This document shows, piece after piece, positions 7,509 to 10,485 of a DNA stretch of 10,485 bases. Where the stretch lies: contig CBDBZY010000001.1 of assembly GCA_965213685.1 (NCBI GenBank), positions 1 to 10,485 of the forward strand, read 5' to 3'. The DNA is from a bacterium. Its GTDB lineage: Bacteria; UBA8248. Positions within the stretch are counted from its first letter, which is position 1. Each line of letters opens with the position of its first letter. A model generated the notes under the pieces. The model saw only the letters and a program-made list of their open reading frames with translations, made no database searches and was not told the DNA's origin. Made by a program: the position numbers and the translations under genes.

Positions 7509-7937
7509 ATGGCCCAACTGAACTCTGTGTATCTTCGAGGAAACATGACGCGCGATCCGGAAAAGCGGTTTCTGCCCACCGGAAGTTCCGTCGTTTCTTT
7601 CGGGTTCGCGGTCAACCGGCGATACCGCAGCGGGGATGACTGGAAGGAAGATACGTGTTTTGTGGACGTGGTCGTTTATGGTCGGCAGGGCGACTGGGTG
7701 ATGGAGCAGACGGGCAAGGGCAGTCCACTCGTGGTGGAGGGCCGGCTGAGTTTCCGCTCCTGGGAGGCGCAGGATGGCTCCAGGCGCAGCAAGCATGAGG
7801 TGGTGGCGTATAACGTTCATTTCCTCTCTCGCCGGGACGAAATGGCGGGGAGGAGCGGGTCGGTGGTGGGGCATGCGGAGCCTTCCGCGCCGCCTCGGCA
7901 GGACTCGCCCATGACGGACGACGACATTCCATTCTAG
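7509..7937 (+). CDS. ssb: Single-stranded DNA-binding protein
   Basis: OB fold LNSVYLRGNMTRDPE, FAVNRR, CFVDVVVYG, KGSPLVVEGRL..RSW; acidic C-terminal tail DDDIPF, which excludes PriB. Confidence 0.97.
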   Translation: MAQLNSVYLRGNMTRDPEKRFLPTGSSVVSFGFAVNRRYRSGDDWKEDTCFVDVVVYGRQGDWVMEQTGKGSPLVVEGRLSFRSWEAQDGSRRSKHEVVAYNVHFLSRRDEMAGRSGSVVGHAEPSAPPRQDSPMTDDDIPF

Positions 7938-7971
7938 GGTGCGAATCCGCCGGAGGTTCTAGGAGACAGAG

Positions 7972-8241
7972 ATGGTGCTTGTTCCCCGTGGGTTTGGCGA
8001 GAAGAAGAAAAGGAAGAAGAAGCGTTTTCAGCGCAAGAAAATATGCCGCTTCAAGGCGGACGGCGTGGCGTACATAGACTACAAGGACGTGAAAACGCTT
8101 CGGAACATGGTGAGCGAGCGCGGAAAAATTATCCCCCGCCGCGTGACCGGCACGTCCGCCCGCTTTCAGCGGCAGTTGACGTCGGCGATCAAGCGCGCGC
8201 GCTATATGGCGCTGATGCCCTACACTGTGGACCATTCATAA
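7972..8241 (+). CDS. rpsR: 30S ribosomal protein bS18
   Basis: [42 protein letters not shown]; AGGAG RBS. Confidence 0.98.
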   Translation: MVLVPRGFGEKKKRKKKRFQRKKICRFKADGVAYIDYKDVKTLRNMVSERGKIIPRRVTGTSARFQRQLTSAIKRARYMALMPYTVDHS

Positions 8242-8265
8242 GTCATAAGTCGGAGAGATGGAGCG

Positions 8266-8850
8266 ATGCGCCTGATACTGCGTAGGGATGTGGAGCATCT
8301 CGGAGAGGTGGGAGACGTCGTCGAGGTAGCCGACGGCTATGGGCTCAACTTCCTTATCCCGAAAGGGCTGGCCCTGCATGCGACCGCCAGCACGGTGCGC
8401 GCGGCCCGGCATGAGCAACGGTTGCGCGCGGCGCAAATCCAGTCGGCGCGACGGGGAGCGGAGGATTTTGCGGGCGAATTCGCAGGGGTTCGGGTCGAAT
8501 TCTCGATGCGCGTCGGGGAAGACGGCAGGCTGTTCGGGTCGGTGACCAATCGGATGATCGAGGAGGCGCTGCGAGAAAAAGGCCTCGCGGTGGACCGCAG
8601 GAAGATTGTTTTGGAGGAGCCGATCAAGAAGGTGGGAGATTACGAGGTCGCCGTCAGGCTGCATCAGGACGTGCGGGCCTCCTTCCGGGTCCATGTGATG
8701 CCCGATGAAGCGTCTCTGTCGAAGGATGCGGCGGCGGAGGTCGATGCGGCCGCGGACGAGACGGGGGCGGAAGCCGAGACGGCGCCCTCTCCCGGCGCCG
8801 CACCGGGGGATGCTCCGGCCCCCGAAGGAGACGGGCGGCGCGCGGAGTAG
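8266..8850 (+). CDS. rplI: 50S ribosomal protein bL9
   Basis: MRLILRRDVEHLGEVGDVVEVADGYGLNFLIPKGLA, GRLFGSVT, PIKKVGDYEVAVRLH; Ala/Glu-rich tail. Confidence 0.97.
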   Translation: MRLILRRDVEHLGEVGDVVEVADGYGLNFLIPKGLALHATASTVRAARHEQRLRAAQIQSARRGAEDFAGEFAGVRVEFSMRVGEDGRLFGSVTNRMIEEALREKGLAVDRRKIVLEEPIKKVGDYEVAVRLHQDVRASFRVHVMPDEASLSKDAAAEVDAAADETGAEAETAPSPGAAPGDAPAPEGDGRRAE

Positions 8851-8911
8851 TCTTTTTCACGCCCGGTTTTCCCAGGGTGAAGCGATAAAGCCCACAATCT
8901 CATATAGATGG

Positions 8912-8944
8912 AGGGAGTCGCCGAGCGGTTGCGGCTCCTTTTTT
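8912..8944 (+). terminator. Rho-independent terminator after rplI
   Basis: Stem GGAGTCGC (8914-8921) / GCGGCTCC (8931-8938) followed by TTTTTT (8939-8944). Confidence 0.8.
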
Positions 8945-8977
8945 CGTGCGGGGCCGGAAAATAACGTTTTTCGGTAT

Positions 8978-9005
8978 TTGACCTGGCCCCCATCTGATGT
9001 AATCT
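8978..9005 (+). promoter_or_regulatory. Putative sigma70 promoter for dnaB
   Basis: TTGACC (8978-8983), 16 nt, TAATCT (9000-9005), with AT-rich AAAATAACGTTTTT upstream. Lies directly after the terminator. Confidence 0.55.
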
Positions 9006-9065
9006 AGTGGACACGCCCGTTCATTCCCCCGAAAGCTCATGGGAGTTTTGCAGTGGACACGCCCG
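9006..9065 (+). repeat. 14-bp exact direct repeat AGTGGACACGCCCG (9006-9019, 9052-9065)
   Basis: Read directly; the second copy contains the dnaB GTG start. Confidence 0.9.
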
Positions 9066-10477
9066 CTGGTAACGATCCGTCCGCGCAGTCGGGCCACCTC
9101 CCCCCCCAAAACATAGAGGCCGAACAGAGCGTTCTGGGCGCTTTGCTGCTGGATGGCGCGATGGTTCCGCCCGTTATGGAGGTGTTGCGGCCGGACCATT
9201 TCTACCGCATGAGCCATCGCGTGATTTACGAGGGGATGCTCAAGCTTTTCGAGCGATCGGAGCCCATCGACCTCCTCACCCTGGCCGACGTCCTCAAAAA
9301 GGCGGGGACGCTGGATACCGCGGGCGGGCCCGAATATGTCGCGCGCCTGGCGGACGACGTGTCCAGCCCGAGGCGCGCGGAGACCTACGCGAAGCTCATC
9401 CGGGGCACGGCTCTGCTGAGAGAGCTGATACACACCTCGAACGCCATCGCGCAGAGGGCACTCTCGGGGGAGGAGGACATCGACGCGCTTGTGGACGACG
9501 CCGAGCGCGCCGTGCTGGAGGTTTCATCCGGCCGCTATCAGCAGAGCGTGGGCGGAATTCGGGAAATCATCAAGACGACGTTTCCCTACCTCGAGGAGTT
9601 GTACGATCGGAAAGAGCTGGTTACCGGGGTTCCGACGGGATTCTCGGACATGGACAAACTGACCAGCGGCCTGCAGCCCGGAGAGCTGATCATCGTCGCC
9701 GGCCGCCCCAGCATGGGGAAAACCGCCTTTGCGCTGTGCATCGCGGAATACGCCGCCATATCGGCGAAAACCGCCACGGCGATATTCAGCCTGGAGATGA
9801 GCGCGCGCGCGTTGGCCATTCGCATGATGTGCGGTCGGGCGATGGTGAACTCCAGGCAGCTGCAAAGCGGCTACATGCCGTCTCAAAAATGGCCGGATTT
9901 GATTCGGAGCGCGGGCGAGTTCTCCGAGGCCGCCATCTACGTGGACGACGCGACCGACCTGTCGGTGTTTGACATCCGGGCGAAATGCCGCCGCATCCAG
10001 GCGGACAGGGGACTCGGCCTCGTCGTGGTGGACTATCTCCAGCTCTTGCACCACAGGGCCCGCAACATGGAGAATCGCCAGCGCGAGATCAGCGAAATAT
10101 CCCGGGGGCTGAAAAGCCTGGCGAAAGAGCTCCAGGTGCCGGTCGTGGCGCTCAGCCAGCTGTCCAGGGCGGTGGAGTCCAGGGAGGGCAAGCGCCCCAA
10201 TCTCGCGGATTTGCGCGAATCGGGCTCGATAGAGCAGGATGCGGATGTCGTCGCTTTGCTGTATCGCGAGGAGTATTACGAGCCGACGCCCGAGAACAAG
10301 GGGCGCGCCACCGTCATTATCGCCAAGCAGCGCAATGGGCCGACCGATGATTTCGACCTCAAGTTTTTTCCGGATTACGCCCGTTTCGCGAACCTGGACG
10401 CATTCCACGAAGCCGCCGCCGTCGCCCCGGAATATGCGGAGCCCGGATTCCCCGAAGATGAAGACACGCCGTTCTAG
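9053..10477 (+). CDS. dnaB: Replicative DNA helicase
   Basis: PPQNIEAEQSVLGALL, GVPTGF, Walker A GRPSMGKT, FSLEMS, Walker B VVVDYLQL, LSQLSR, DLRESGSIEQDAD and KQRNGP; 474 aa with no intein-sized insertion. Confidence 0.98.
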   Translation: MDTPAGNDPSAQSGHLPPQNIEAEQSVLGALLLDGAMVPPVMEVLRPDHFYRMSHRVIYEGMLKLFERSEPIDLLTLADVLKKAGTLDTAGGPEYVARLADDVSSPRRAETYAKLIRGTALLRELIHTSNAIAQRALSGEEDIDALVDDAERAVLEVSSGRYQQSVGGIREIIKTTFPYLEELYDRKELVTGVPTGFSDMDKLTSGLQPGELIIVAGRPSMGKTAFALCIAEYAAISAKTATAIFSLEMSARALAIRMMCGRAMVNSRQLQSGYMPSQKWPDLIRSAGEFSEAAIYVDDATDLSVFDIRAKCRRIQADRGLGLVVVDYLQLLHHRARNMENRQREISEISRGLKSLAKELQVPVVALSQLSRAVESREGKRPNLADLRESGSIEQDADVVALLYREEYYEPTPENKGRATVIIAKQRNGPTDDFDLKFFPDYARFANLDAFHEAAAVAPEYAEPGFPEDEDTPF

Positions 10478-10485
10478 CGGCGGCA

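Noticed and set aside
8979-9019. IS3-family terminal-repeat remnant or DnaA box (TGACC…TAGTGGACACGC)
   Set aside because: The resemblance is from memory only and the spacing from the terminal TGA does not fit. There is no inverted partner or transposase, and there are several mismatches to the DnaA box consensus.
9053-10477. Intein in DnaB
   Set aside because: Normal length and contiguous helicase motifs.

Overview
GC-rich bacterial core-genome window, all genes on the + strand. Gene order: TPR protein (5'-partial) - LolB/LolA-like lipoprotein - ispE - prs - rplY (bL25/Ctc) - pth - membrane pyrophosphatase hppA - rpsF - ssb - rpsR - rplI - dnaB. This is two conserved housekeeping clusters with a K+-dependent, probably Na+-pumping pyrophosphatase gene between them. 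The lolB-like gene and rplY each carry one extra G in a G run, most likely a sequencing or assembly homopolymer error. An S6:S18 autoregulatory leader precedes rpsF, and an intrinsic terminator separates rplI from dnaB. I see no mobile element, CRISPR array or tRNA, and no clearly novel multi-gene system. The best unexplained signals are: (i) a 31-bp direct repeat between the TPR and lipoprotein genes that forms two chained paralogous mini-ORFs; (ii) a DnaB C-terminus that mimics the SSB acidic 'PF' tail; (iii) a palindromic operator candidate over the putative hppA promoter; (iv) a 14-bp duplication at the dnaB start.
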